A program made the translations under genes and the position numbers. From positions 96,001 through 160,000 of the forward strand of contig CAVSLV010000004.1 of NCBI GenBank assembly GCA_963728915.1: a stretch of 64,000 nt of DNA, in the 5' to 3' direction. The notes under the pieces were generated by a model. That model had not been told where the DNA came from. It was given only the letters and a program-made list of their open reading frames with translations, and made no database searches. Of the stretch, positions 30,269 through 40,038 are shown one piece after another. This stretch comes from an uncultured Gemmatimonadales bacterium (lineage in GTDB: Bacteria; Gemmatimonadota; Gemmatimonadetes; Gemmatimonadales; GWC2-71-9). Within the stretch, counting starts at the first letter, position 1. The number at the start of each line of letters is the position of its first letter.

Positions 30269-30583
30269 CTACCGCCTGGTCCACCGGTCGGCGTCCCGGG
30301 TTTCCACTTTGTGCATCATACGGTCGAACGCGGTGTCGAGGTCGATGCCTTCCCGGTTCGCGATGCAGATCAGCACGAACAGAATGTCGGCGATCTCTTC
30401 CGCCAGATCGCCGTCCGGTTCTTCGGGCTTCCTGGTCTTCTGCCCGAACCGGTGGTTGATCTCCCGGGCCAGCTCCCCCACCTCTTCGCTCAGGCGGGCC
30501 AGATTGGTCAGGGGATGGAAGTAGCCTTCCTCGAACTGCGCGATCCAGCGGTCGACCCGGCGTTGGGATTCGGCGAGGCTCAT
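30269..30583 (-). CDS. MazG-like nucleotide pyrophosphohydrolase (YpjD-like)
   Basis: YFHPLTNLARLSEEVGELAREINH...EEIADILFVLICIAN. Confidence 0.9.
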   Translation of the reverse strand: MSLAESQRRVDRWIAQFEEGYFHPLTNLARLSEEVGELAREINHRFGQKTRKPEEPDGDLAEEIADILFVLICIANREGIDLDTAFDRMMHKVETRDADRWTRR

Positions 30584-30622
30584 GGAAAAATGATATCTTC
30601 CGTTTCCTCCTGACATAAGCCC

Positions 30623-30874
30623 ATGCGCTCTCGCGACCGGATCCTCACCAACCTGGAGAACATCTACCGGGAGTCGTTCGATCGGGCCAAGGAGGGCTCG
30701 GACGAGAAGCGCATGGCCGACCTCGATAACGCCTATATGCGGGATCAACTGATGCTGGAAATCCTGCTCGACATTCGCGACCTGTTCGCGGTGGCGCCGG
30801 CGGCCTCGGCCAAGGGGACCACCGCCCTCGAAAAGCTCGAAGCGCTTCGCCGGCTGGCGAAGTTCAAGCCATGA
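30623..30874 (+). CDS. Small helical hypothetical protein (83 aa)
   Basis: Coherent ORF; ATGA overlap with the amidohydrolase start. Confidence 0.75.
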   Translation: MRSRDRILTNLENIYRESFDRAKEGSDEKRMADLDNAYMRDQLMLEILLDIRDLFAVAPAASAKGTTALEKLEALRRLAKFKP

Positions 30875-32517
30875 ACGCGCGGGTCGCGGGGCTCCTGCTG
30901 CTGGCAGGGTGCGGCGGCGCCGCTTCCCAGGCCGATGTGGTGGTGTATGGGAGGATCTGGACCGGCGACTCGGTCACGCCGTGGGCCCAGGCGGTCGCCA
31001 TCCGGGGTGACACGATCGCCGCGGTGGGGGACAGCGCCACCATTGCCCGCCTCGCGGGCTCCCGCACGACGATCATCGCTCCCGCGAATGGGTTCGTCGC
31101 CCCGGGCTTCGTGGATGACCACGTCCATCTCCGCTGGGGCGGCTTCCAGCTCGCGAGCGTGGATCTCCGGGACGCCGGCACTCCGGAGGAATTCACCCGG
31201 CGCATCAAGGCGTTCGCCGCCACGCTGCAGCCGGGTGAGTGGATCACCGGGGGGGACTGGGACCACGAGAAATGGCCCGGTACCCCGCTCCCCGATCGGA
31301 GCTGGATCGACTCGGTGACGCCGCGGAACCCGGTCTTCGTGCAGCGGCTCGACGGCCACATGGCGCTGGCCAACTCGCTCGCACTCGCCGCGGCCAAGCT
31401 CGATCGCGCCATGAAGCCGATTCCGGGTGGCGCCATCATCCGTCGTCGTGACGGAGAGCTGACCGGGGTCTTCAAGGACGAGGCCATGAACCCGGTGGGG
31501 GCGGCGATGCCCGAGCCGTCCCCCTCCCAGCTCGATTCCGCCATCGCCCGCGCCATGCGTCACGCCGCCTCGCTCGGCGTGGTGGCGGTGTCGAGTGTGA
31601 GCACCGACTGGGCCGACATCGCCGCGCTCCGGCGGGCTCGGGCCCGGGGCGCCCTCACCCTCCGGGTCTCGAACTATATCGCGCTCGCGGACTGGCGGTC
31701 CATGGCCGACTCCCTCAAGGCCCATGGGCCCGGCGACGACTGGATCCGGGTCGCGGGGGTCAAGGGGTTCGTGGATGGCTCGCTGGGCTCGACCACCGCA
31801 CTCATGTTCAGCCCCTATCGCGATGCACCCAACACCCGCGGGTTGTTCGTGACCCCGGAAGACTCGCTCCGGGCCTGGATCGGCGCCGCGGATTCCGCCG
31901 GGCTTCAGGTCGCGGTGCACGCCATCGGCGACCGGGCCAATGCGCTCCTGCTCGATATCTACGACAGCGTCGCCAAGGCCCACGGACCGAGAGACCGGCG
32001 GTTCCGGATCGAGCACGCCCAGCACCTGCGCCAGGAGGACATTCCGCGATTCGCCGCCCTCGGCGTCATCCCGTCCATGCAGCCGTATCACGCCGCGGAC
32101 GATGGGCGGTGGGCCTGGAAACGGATCGGCCCCGAGCTGATCAAGGGCACCTACGCCTTCCGCTCCCTGCTCGACAGCGGGGCCCACCTCACCTTCGGGA
32201 GCGACTGGACCGTGGCGCCGCTCGATCCGCGGGTCGGGATTCAGGCGGCGGTGACCCGGCAGACCCTGGACGGGAAGAACCCCGACGGGTGGGTTCCCGA
32301 GCAGAAGATCTCGGTCGAGGAGGCGCTCCGCTGCTATACCGCCAACAACGCGTATGCCATGTTCGCCGAGACCCGGCGCGGGGTGCTCAAGCCGGGATAC
32401 CTCGCGGATATCGTCGTGCTCGATCGCGATCTCACCCGGATTCCTCCCACCGCGATCGATCAGGCCAAGGTGGTTGCCACGCTGGTCGGTGGGAAGCTGG
32501 TGTACTCCAGGGACTAG
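30871..32517 (+). CDS. Amidohydrolase (Amidohydro_3 / YtcJ-like), lipoprotein
   Basis: LLLAGC lipobox; PGFVDDHVH, DGH, KGFVDGSLGSTTA, HAIGDRA, RIEHAQ and FGSDW motifs. Confidence 0.9.
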   Translation: MNARVAGLLLLAGCGGAASQADVVVYGRIWTGDSVTPWAQAVAIRGDTIAAVGDSATIARLAGSRTTIIAPANGFVAPGFVDDHVHLRWGGFQLASVDLRDAGTPEEFTRRIKAFAATLQPGEWITGGDWDHEKWPGTPLPDRSWIDSVTPRNPVFVQRLDGHMALANSLALAAAKLDRAMKPIPGGAIIRRRDGELTGVFKDEAMNPVGAAMPEPSPSQLDSAIARAMRHAASLGVVAVSSVSTDWADIAALRRARARGALTLRVSNYIALADWRSMADSLKAHGPGDDWIRVAGVKGFVDGSLGSTTALMFSPYRDAPNTRGLFVTPEDSLRAWIGAADSAGLQVAVHAIGDRANALLLDIYDSVAKAHGPRDRRFRIEHAQHLRQEDIPRFAALGVIPSMQPYHAADDGRWAWKRIGPELIKGTYAFRSLLDSGAHLTFGSDWTVAPLDPRVGIQAAVTRQTLDGKNPDGWVPEQKISVEEALRCYTANNAYAMFAETRRGVLKPGYLADIVVLDRDLTRIPPTAIDQAKVVATLVGGKLVYSRD

Positions 32518-32610
32518 GGACTGGAGGCTGGGGGCCAGGGTTTGAGGTTGGGGCCCCGCTTGCTACGTCTTAGTTTTGCCCTGGTCCCCAGTCCCTCGTC
32601 CCTAGCCCCT
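32508..32610. repeat. Intergenic imperfect inverted array of 7-nt repeats
   Basis: AGGGACT AGGGACT GGAGGCT GGGGGCC AGGG ... CCCTGGT CCCCAGT CCCTCGT CCCTAGC CCCT. Confidence 0.65.
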
Positions 32611-32616
32611 GAGTCG

Positions 32617-34743
32617 ATGGCCACTCGCCCGGTCCAGTCTCGCGCGCCAAGCGCCCGCCTCGAGAAATCCGATCTGCTCGAGATGTACCGTCTGATGCTG
32701 CTGTCACGCCGGGTCGACGACAAGGAGATCCAGCTCAAGCGGCAGAACCGGATCTTCTTCCAGATCTCCGGGGCGGGGCACGAGGCGGTTCTGGTGGCCG
32801 CGGCCAAGCTGGTCCGGCCCGGCTCCGACTGGTTCTACCTCTACTATCGCGACCGGGCCCTCTGCCTGGGGCTCGGCATGACCCCCACCGAGCAGCTTCT
32901 CTCCGCGGTGGGCGCCGCCGACGATCCCAACTCGGGCGGGCGCCAGATGCCCTCGCACTGGGGACACAAGGACCTGAACATCGTATCGTCGTCGAGCCCG
33001 ACGGGGACCCAGTTCCTTCAGGCCGCCGGCGCGGCGGAGGCGTGGCTCCGCTATCAGCAGGTCGAGGGCATCGCGGACCGGCGGGAACGCGCCGAAGAGG
33101 ACGAGCTGGTGCTGGTGACCGGCGGGGAGGGGACCACCAGCGAAGGCGAGTTCTGGGAGTCGCTCAATACCGCATGTAACCTCAAGCTCCCCCTGCTCTA
33201 TCTGATCGAAGACAACGGGTACGCGATTTCGGTTCCCAAGGAAGTCGGGATTGCGGGGGGATCGATCTCGAAGCTGGTCTCCGGATTTCCCAATCTGCTG
33301 GTGCTTGAAGTTGACGGCTGCGACCCACTCGCTTCCTACGATACCCTGAGCCGGGCGGTCGACCACGTGCGGGGCGGAAAAGGTCCCGCCTTCGTTCACG
33401 CTCACGTCATCCGCCCGTACAGTCATTCGCTTTCCGACGACGAGGTTCTCTACCGCGCCCCCACGGAACGGGCCCAGGATGCGGCCCGGGATCCCGTCGC
33501 CACCTTCCCCAAATACCTCGTTGAACAAGGGATCGCGAGCGAAGCCGAGCTGGAGCGAATCCGGAGCGAGGTCGACGAGGAGGTCGAGGTGGCGACCGAG
33601 ACGGCGCTCGCCTCCCCCCAGCCTTCGCCCGAAACGATCTTCCGGTTCGTCTACTCGCCCGATGTCGATCCCACCTCGGAGCAGTTCGACACCGAGGACG
33701 ACCCCCATTTCAGCGGGGAGCCGACCACGGTGGTCGATCTGCTCAATGTCTGTCTCAAGGAGGAGATGGCCCGGGACCCCCGGATCCTGGTTTTCGGGGA
33801 GGACGTCGCCGACGTCAGCCGGGAGAAATACCTCGGCGAGGTGAAGGGCAAAGGCGGCGTGTTCAAGGTCACCTGGGGGCTGCAGAAGCAGTTCGGCGCC
33901 CATCGGGTGTACAACTCGCCCCTCGCCGAAGCCAATATCATCGGCCGGGCGGTCGGCCTCGCGACCCGCGGATTGAAACCGGTGGTGGAGATCCAGTTCT
34001 TCGACTACATCTGGCCGGCCTACATGCAGCTCCGCAACGAGCTCGCGATCCTGCGCTGGCGCTCCAACAATGCCTTCAGCGCTCCGGTGGTAGTGCGGGT
34101 TACGTACGGAGGGTATCTGAAAGGCGGCGCGCCGTACCACTCCCAGACCGGTGCGATCGTCTTCACGTCGATCCCGGGACTGCGGGTGGTCTGTCCCGCG
34201 ACCGCGCTCGATGCCAACGGGTTGCTGCGCACCGCGATCCGGTGCGAAGACCCGGTGCTCTTCCTCGAGCACAAGCATCTCTACCGGCAGACCTACAACA
34301 AGGCGCCGAACCCGGGCCCCAACTTCATGATCCCGTTCGGCAAGGCCCGGGTGGTGCGTGAAGGCTCGATGCTCACGGTGGTGACCTACGGCGCTCTGGT
34401 CCAGCGAGCCCTGGTTGCGGCCAAAGAGCTGGAAGAGAAGACCGGGGCCCAGGTCGAGATCATCGACCTGCGTTCGCTCTCACCGGTGGACTGGGATGCC
34501 ATCAGCCGCTCGGTCCGGAAGACCAATCGGGTGATCGTGGCCTACGAGGATTCGCTGAGCTGGGGCTACGGCGCAGAGCTGGCCGCGCGGATCGGCGACG
34601 AGCTGTTTCCCTGGCTGGATGCGCCGATCAAACGGGTGGCCTCCGCCGACACCTTCGTGGCCTACGCCCCGGAGCTGGAAGACGTGATCCTGCCCCAGGT
34701 CGAGGACCTCCGCGGGGCGATGGAGGAAATGCTTCGCTGGTAA
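32617..34743 (+). CDS. 2-oxoacid dehydrogenase E1, fused alpha/beta subunits (probably branched-chain)
   Basis: [26 protein letters not shown]...EDNGYAIS (TPP-binding), HSLSDD, FGEDVA, EIQFFDY and FLEHKHLY motifs. Confidence 0.92.
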   Translation: MATRPVQSRAPSARLEKSDLLEMYRLMLLSRRVDDKEIQLKRQNRIFFQISGAGHEAVLVAAAKLVRPGSDWFYLYYRDRALCLGLGMTPTEQLLSAVGAADDPNSGGRQMPSHWGHKDLNIVSSSSPTGTQFLQAAGAAEAWLRYQQVEGIADRRERAEEDELVLVTGGEGTTSEGEFWESLNTACNLKLPLLYLIEDNGYAISVPKEVGIAGGSISKLVSGFPNLLVLEVDGCDPLASYDTLSRAVDHVRGGKGPAFVHAHVIRPYSHSLSDDEVLYRAPTERAQDAARDPVATFPKYLVEQGIASEAELERIRSEVDEEVEVATETALASPQPSPETIFRFVYSPDVDPTSEQFDTEDDPHFSGEPTTVVDLLNVCLKEEMARDPRILVFGEDVADVSREKYLGEVKGKGGVFKVTWGLQKQFGAHRVYNSPLAEANIIGRAVGLATRGLKPVVEIQFFDYIWPAYMQLRNELAILRWRSNNAFSAPVVVRVTYGGYLKGGAPYHSQTGAIVFTSIPGLRVVCPATALDANGLLRTAIRCEDPVLFLEHKHLYRQTYNKAPNPGPNFMIPFGKARVVREGSMLTVVTYGALVQRALVAAKELEEKTGAQVEIIDLRSLSPVDWDAISRSVRKTNRVIVAYEDSLSWGYGAELAARIGDELFPWLDAPIKRVASADTFVAYAPELEDVILPQVEDLRGAMEEMLRW

Positions 34744-34749
34744 GGCAGC

Positions 34750-35229
34750 TCAGGCGTCATCGTCGCCGCCGTTTCGCCGGCGGGACGGAATTCCTTCCAC
34801 GGTCAGGGTTCCCAGAGTCTCGTCGAGGGTCGCGGTCAGCCGGCTGAGCCCGCTGGTCCGCTGCCCACCGGTCCACACCCCGCTCGCACTCCAGGTCGCT
34901 CCGTGGTTGGGGCAGCGGAATCCCGAACCGCTCCTCCCCACGGTCGTCCCCGCGTGGGGGCAGATCAGAGAGAATACTGCATAGGTCGAAGTATCCATCC
35001 GGACCGCCGCCATCGGGGTCGTCGCTCCCGAGATCACCGCGATTCCGCCGATCGAGTCGAGCGCCGGATAATCCGCGAGCTGGATCGTCATGGTTCCGGT
35101 GCCGCTCGGCCCGCTCACGTTTCCGAACTCGATCCGGCCCCCGCAGGCCGCCAGGATCGCGCTCAGGGCCGCTGCCGCGCTTCGCTCCAGGAAGACCCGA
35201 CGGTCGCATCCTTCGTTGCATTCGCACAT
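34750..35229 (-). CDS. Rieske [2Fe-2S] protein, Tat lipoprotein
   Basis: DRRVFL...LAAC signal; CPH...CPNH ligands. Confidence 0.85.
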   Translation of the reverse strand: MCECNEGCDRRVFLERSAAAALSAILAACGGRIEFGNVSGPSGTGTMTIQLADYPALDSIGGIAVISGATTPMAAVRMDTSTYAVFSLICPHAGTTVGRSGSGFRCPNHGATWSASGVWTGGQRTSGLSRLTATLDETLGTLTVEGIPSRRRNGGDDDA

Positions 35230-35246
35230 GATGCCCTCTCCGGCGC

Positions 35247-35747
35247 CTACAGTTTGACGACCGCACCCGCCCAGCCGGCAGGATCCTGGTCGCTCTCGTA
35301 CACCCGATCGACATCCACCAGGATCTGCTTACCGTCGGAGCGGACGGGGAGCCGGTCCATGTTCCGGGTCGCCCGCCCCGAGATGAAGGTGCCGTCCGGC
35401 TGATAGCGGGATTTGTGCTTGGGGCACTGATAGCCAGTGGCGTCGTCGATCCATCGCAGCGCCGTATTCTGGTGGGGACACGACAGGGCGAAGGCGTACA
35501 CGGAGCCCTGATGGCGGGCGAGAATCACCTGGTTCTGCTTGTCGATCGTGGCGCCATCGCCGGCTGGAACCGGATAACCGACTTCCGAGCCGACGCCCGG
35601 CTTGCCGACGGCTTCGGCGAATACCATACCCGAAAGGGTGCGGGGCAACACCCCGAGAGAAGCAAGCGCGGCTGCCGCTTCAGCCAGAAACGCGCGCCGG
35701 GTCGATATCGGGCAGTGCCCGCAGGGAGAATCCGGGGATGCGGTCAT
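35247..35747 (-). CDS. Rieske [2Fe-2S] protein with Tat signal
   Basis: TRRAFL signal; CPHQ...CPKH ligands; GRATRNMDR. Confidence 0.85.
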   Translation of the reverse strand: MTASPDSPCGHCPISTRRAFLAEAAAALASLGVLPRTLSGMVFAEAVGKPGVGSEVGYPVPAGDGATIDKQNQVILARHQGSVYAFALSCPHQNTALRWIDDATGYQCPKHKSRYQPDGTFISGRATRNMDRLPVRSDGKQILVDVDRVYESDQDPAGWAGAVVKL

Positions 35748-36391
35748 TTGAAGAAGAGCATGAGGCCCCAGCTGGATACCGCGACCCCCATCGAGACCAG
35801 GGCGACGTCACGATGGAGCCGGCGCTTGGAGTCGGACTCACGGGCGTCGTGCGCCAGCACCAGGCCGGTATAGGCAAAGCCCGCATCCGCAGCGATGAAC
35901 ATGAGGGAGTGAATCCACCGCTTGGTTCGTCCCGCGGGGTCTTTCCTGCTGTCCCACAGGTTCCACAGCCCGGTGACCGTGTTGACCGTGAAAAGCACCG
36001 CGGTGGCGGTGGCGAACGGCCGGTGCCAATTGAGCGCCCAATCCGGCGCGTCGCTTCCATGCTTGAGCACCTGATCGCCGGTGACATAGGTGCCGATGAA
36101 TACGGGAATCATGGCAAAGCTCAGATACCGGTGGATCTTGAGCCGGACGTTGTAGAAGCCGCTGTACTCGACCGCCCGGGTGCGCCTTCTGGTCCGAGCG
36201 GTGTCCTGACTCGATTCGGTCGCGTCCCGCAGGGCCTGCCAATCGATCGCCCCGGAACCGACCATGATGCCCGGACCCGCCTGGGTCACTGCAGCCGCGA
36301 GTGGCACGGCCACGCTCTCGGACGATGGCGCCGGGTCCGATCCGGTGAGCGCGGGAATGAGCCGGGCGACAGTCAGGATACCCGCTTGCAC
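35744..36391 (-). CDS. Four-TM membrane protein with a His at the start of each helix (cytochrome b561-like, putative)
   Basis: KIHRYLS, WHRPFA, WIHSLM and RLHRDVA each precede a hydrophobic helix. Confidence 0.6.
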   Translation of the reverse strand: MQAGILTVARLIPALTGSDPAPSSESVAVPLAAAVTQAGPGIMVGSGAIDWQALRDATESSQDTARTRRRTRAVEYSGFYNVRLKIHRYLSFAMIPVFIGTYVTGDQVLKHGSDAPDWALNWHRPFATATAVLFTVNTVTGLWNLWDSRKDPAGRTKRWIHSLMFIAADAGFAYTGLVLAHDARESDSKRRLHRDVALVSMGVAVSSWGLMLFFK

Positions 36392-36400
36392 AGGAATGCC

Positions 36401-36913
36401 TCAGAGCGAGAGGAGAGCGGTGCCCAGAAAGAGGGCGCCGAACCAGAGCAGGAAACTCAACTGGGCGGACCGCCGGAGCCTGATCCAGCCCTTGCCATCG
36501 TGCGGCGCTCCCCGGCGCATCCCGGTTTCGGTGGCCCGCAGGCGAGCCCCGTTGAGCAGGAGAAGCACAATGACGGTCATCTTGATCCAGAATAGAGGCG
36601 CCGGGAGATACACCTTCAGATCGGCGGCGAACATCAGGAGCCCGCTCAGCAGGGCAATGAGGAGGCCGATAAGCACCGGGCGGTGAATCGCGTGCAGCTC
36701 GTTCAGGTGATTCACCGAATGCTCTTCGGGATCCCGGGAAATCCTGATTGTCATCCGGTCAGCCGCGATGGCAAATCCCCCGCCCAGGAGGACTCCGCCA
36801 AGATGAAGGAATGTTACTCCGCTGGAGACCGCGTTCGAATCGGCATACAGGCGGGCCCAGGATTCAATCAGACGGTTGAGCCAGATGACGGAAAGCATGC
36901 TGGGAGGAGACAC
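36401..36913 (-). CDS. Four-TM membrane protein (DUF6644/CopD-like)
   Basis: FLHLGGVLLGGG...SGLLMFAAD...FWIKMTVIVLLLLNG...SFLLWF. Confidence 0.65.
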   Translation of the reverse strand: MSPPSMLSVIWLNRLIESWARLYADSNAVSSGVTFLHLGGVLLGGGFAIAADRMTIRISRDPEEHSVNHLNELHAIHRPVLIGLLIALLSGLLMFAADLKVYLPAPLFWIKMTVIVLLLLNGARLRATETGMRRGAPHDGKGWIRLRRSAQLSFLLWFGALFLGTALLSL

Positions 36914-36944
36914 ACAAACAGGAGGACACCCTTTCCGGGGACGG

Positions 36945-37799
36945 CTATCGCTTCCGGCAGATCATCAGCTCGGTGGTGGGACTTTCCTCCACCCGGCGCA
37001 CCAGCCTGCGCTCGATCGGATAGAGAGCTTTTCCGACTATCCATCCCAGCGGCTCCGCGAGCATCGCCGGAGACACCATCGCGGTCCAGGCCCAGCGCAA
37101 CATGCGCCAGCGGGTATCGGCCGGGTAGTTCATGATCACGAACATCGGGACCCGGCCGAGAATCTCGAATCCGGCCTGTTCCACGCGGCGGACGCTCTCG
37201 TCGTAGGAACGGCTGACCTGGTGAGCCACGCGATGGGCCCGATGGTGCACGAAGTTGTCGGACCACAGCAACCATCCGCCGCGCCGGAGCAGGGCCGCGA
37301 TGTTCACGAAGGCGCGGGCATACGAAGCGTCGTCCATGATATGGAACAACACGTCGAATGCCGAAACCGCGTGGAAGGACCCGGGCCGCAAGGGGATCCC
37401 CTCGAGCACCCCGCCGATATCGGCCCGGAGCACCCGGGCGCCGGGGAATCGCTGACTGAGTCCGTCGACCGCCGTCTCGGTGAAGTCCATCCCGATGACG
37501 TTGGCCCGCCAGCGGATCCAGCGCTCCATGTAGAAACCGGTGCCGGCTCCCACATCGATGACGTCCGCGCCGCCCCACCCTTCCCGCCCCCCGCCCCACG
37601 ATCCCCACTGCCCGTCGGCGATTTCCGCGAGCACCCGGTCGAACACCTCGCCCCGGATCCGGTACATCCACTCGTTGTACCGGCGACCCAGACGCAGGTA
37701 ACCCACCCCGGCGAGTGAGTAATTCTCCCGGAGCCGCTGCTCCCAGTATTCTCCGCTATGAAACGGTGACGAGCTCAGGGGAGATCCGGGATCATCCAA
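36945..37799 (-). CDS. Class I SAM-dependent methyltransferase
   Basis: VIDVGAGTG, FHAVSAFDVLFHI and LRRGG motifs. Confidence 0.85.
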   Translation of the reverse strand: MDDPGSPLSSSPFHSGEYWEQRLRENYSLAGVGYLRLGRRYNEWMYRIRGEVFDRVLAEIADGQWGSWGGGREGWGGADVIDVGAGTGFYMERWIRWRANVIGMDFTETAVDGLSQRFPGARVLRADIGGVLEGIPLRPGSFHAVSAFDVLFHIMDDASYARAFVNIAALLRRGGWLLWSDNFVHHRAHRVAHQVSRSYDESVRRVEQAGFEILGRVPMFVIMNYPADTRWRMLRWAWTAMVSPAMLAEPLGWIVGKALYPIERRLVRRVEESPTTELMICRKR

Positions 37800-39687
37800 T
37801 GGCCTCTTTGACCTCGCTTGCGGCGGCGATGGCGTGATCCACGTCCCGGGAGATCGCCCGGGCCTGCTGAGTGGCGGTGGTGAGATCGCTCAATACCGCG
37901 CCCACTCCGGCGGACTTGAGCCGCAGCATGTCGAATCGGAGATTCTGCATCGCCAGCACGCTCGACTCGAGGCGCGCCTCGATCCGATTCCGACGCTCGG
38001 CGAGCTCGGTCGCGGTTTTGAGCTGGCGCTCCAGGATGCCGATCTGGCGCTCCCGCTCCGGCCCGTCGGGCTGAAGGGTGAGGAGCTCGAGTCGCTGCCT
38101 GATCCGATCCGGGGTCTCGTGCCCGAACGTGCTGTCCAGCTCGTGCAGTGCGCGGGCCAGCTCGCAGGCCCGCTGGTACAGCTCCTCGGTGGTCTCGGTG
38201 ATCTCGGCCGGCAGCATCTGACGGTCGGCCGCCGGGAGCTGCTGCATCAGCGAGAGAATCATTTTCCGATCCCGATAGGCCGCATCGACCCGATCCAGGA
38301 ACGGACCATACTCATCGGCCCTCGGCGCCCCGACCATCTTCCGTCCCTTGGCGCCTGGGATAGCGATGGCGTCGGCCGCGCGCGGCGGATTGAGCACATC
38401 ACGCCAGCTGTATCCGGCCTGCCAGAGACGGGAGTAGTTGCGCAGCAATCCGATCGCCATGCCGGCAGCGGGGAAGAGGAACCAGGGTGAGCCGATGCCG
38501 GTCGCGAGGTTCAGCAGGAAAAGGCCCAGGGTTGTCGCTGCCCAGCGGGCGAACTGCCCTCGGACCTTCTGAACGATTGCCGGTTCGCCGGTGTCCGGAA
38601 CCGGGGGGGAGCCGGGATCGGCCCGGACCCACTCGCCGCGCTCGTTCTTCCGCCACTCGCCCCCACCTCGCTTCTCCATTCCGGCGGGAGGACGCGCGGC
38701 GGGAAGGGGACGTCGTCCCGGCGAAAGCGGGGTTCGGTTATTGATCCGCCGACCCGTCGAGTCGATGGGCCGGCGGCTCCGGGCCTGAATACTTCGATGG
38801 GTCGGCGTGTATCCGACCACGGTCCGGCTTTCCAGCGCCCGGCGCAGTGAATCGGCGGTGGGCCACCGATTTTCTGGATCCTTCTCGAGGCACCGGGCGA
38901 TCGCCAGAGAGAGATCCTCGGGAACGCTCGATCCGGACTCGTGGAGAATCGGCGCGGGCTCGGTAATCTGCTTCATCAGGATCCCGGCGACGGTCGGAGC
39001 GTTGAACGGGACCTGCCCGCAGGACATCTGGTAGGCGACCACGCCGAGGGAATACACATCGGAACGGCCGTCGATCTCCCGCTCTCCGGCGGCTTGCTCG
39101 GGGCTCATGTATTGCGGAGTGCCGATCGCGACACCCACCCCGGTCAGGGTGGACCCGGAGGCCTGCGACACCGCCTTGGCGATTCCGAAGTCGGTGACCA
39201 TCACCCGCCCGCGGGTCCCCTCGAGCAGAATGTTGTCCGGCTTGATATCGCGATGGATGATGGAGACCGCGTGGGCGGCAGAGAGCGCGTCGGCCGTTTC
39301 CTTCATGATGCGGCGCACCTCGTCGGAGGGGAGCTTGCCGCGGCGCTTGAGCCGCGCGCCGAGGGACTCTCCTTCCACCAGACCCATGATGAAGTAGACC
39401 ACGCCGGCGCCTTCGCCGACGTCATGGATGGGGACGATATGCGGATGGGACAGCCGGGCGGCGGTCTGGGCTTCCCGGGTAAATCGCTCCCGAATCTCCT
39501 TTTGAAAGGCCAGCTCGGGAGGAAGCACCTTGATGGCAATCCGCCGGTGCAGCCGTTCATCGCGCGCGCGATACACGACCCCCATCCCACCGCGGCCGAT
39601 TTCGCCCTCGATGGTGTACTCCTTCCCCAGAGCCTCTTTGAGGCGCTGGATCAAGGGGCGCTCGTCGCTGTTGAATGGAACGGTCAT
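37792..39687 (-). CDS. Hanks-type Ser/Thr protein kinase with a two-TM hairpin and C-terminal coiled-coil domain
   Basis: GRGGMGVVY, AIKVL, HRDIKPDN, DFG, GTPQYMSPEQ and SDVYSLG motifs. Confidence 0.93.
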   Translation of the reverse strand: MTVPFNSDERPLIQRLKEALGKEYTIEGEIGRGGMGVVYRARDERLHRRIAIKVLPPELAFQKEIRERFTREAQTAARLSHPHIVPIHDVGEGAGVVYFIMGLVEGESLGARLKRRGKLPSDEVRRIMKETADALSAAHAVSIIHRDIKPDNILLEGTRGRVMVTDFGIAKAVSQASGSTLTGVGVAIGTPQYMSPEQAAGEREIDGRSDVYSLGVVAYQMSCGQVPFNAPTVAGILMKQITEPAPILHESGSSVPEDLSLAIARCLEKDPENRWPTADSLRRALESRTVVGYTPTHRSIQARSRRPIDSTGRRINNRTPLSPGRRPLPAARPPAGMEKRGGGEWRKNERGEWVRADPGSPPVPDTGEPAIVQKVRGQFARWAATTLGLFLLNLATGIGSPWFLFPAAGMAIGLLRNYSRLWQAGYSWRDVLNPPRAADAIAIPGAKGRKMVGAPRADEYGPFLDRVDAAYRDRKMILSLMQQLPAADRQMLPAEITETTEELYQRACELARALHELDSTFGHETPDRIRQRLELLTLQPDGPERERQIGILERQLKTATELAERRNRIEARLESSVLAMQNLRFDMLRLKSAGVGAVLSDLTTATQQARAISRDVDHAIAAASEVKEAIG

Positions 39688-39953
39688 CCGCTCCCGGGGA
39701 ATTCGTGCGAAACGTCGGGATCACAAGAGCTTACCAATTTGGCGCTTTCCGGTCGCGCGGGCAACGTTGACGGACGGTGGAAAGGCCCGCGAGGTTCCAT
39801 CCGGTTCCCGGGAGCAGCACCTGGGGCCCGCGTACCTGCCATCCATGCGCGTTCCGCCCTTTTGGCGGTAGCAAATGAGCTCAGCCGAGCCTCTCCTCAC
39901 TGCGGGGTGGAGGTAAGTCCAAGACGCACCGGAAGGTAGGGGAATCGGGGAGA

Positions 39954-39969
39954 TGGCCTGGAGCCTGCA
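39954..39969 (+). promoter_or_regulatory. Candidate sigma54 (-24/-12) promoter for lon
   Basis: TGGCCT-GGAGC-CTGCA (GG-N10-GC) about 70 nt upstream of the lon start. Confidence 0.4.
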
Positions 39970-40038
39970 CCAGGGAGCCTGAATCCTCGTCCTCACGGAC
40001 CGATTGGCGGTTCCCGTAGGATGCTGAAAGGAATAACG

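Noticed and set aside
37570..37616. C-rich quasi-repeat in the methyltransferase (WGSWGGGREGWGG)
   Set aside because: Too short and degenerate to call a repeat element, though it may be related to the lon insert
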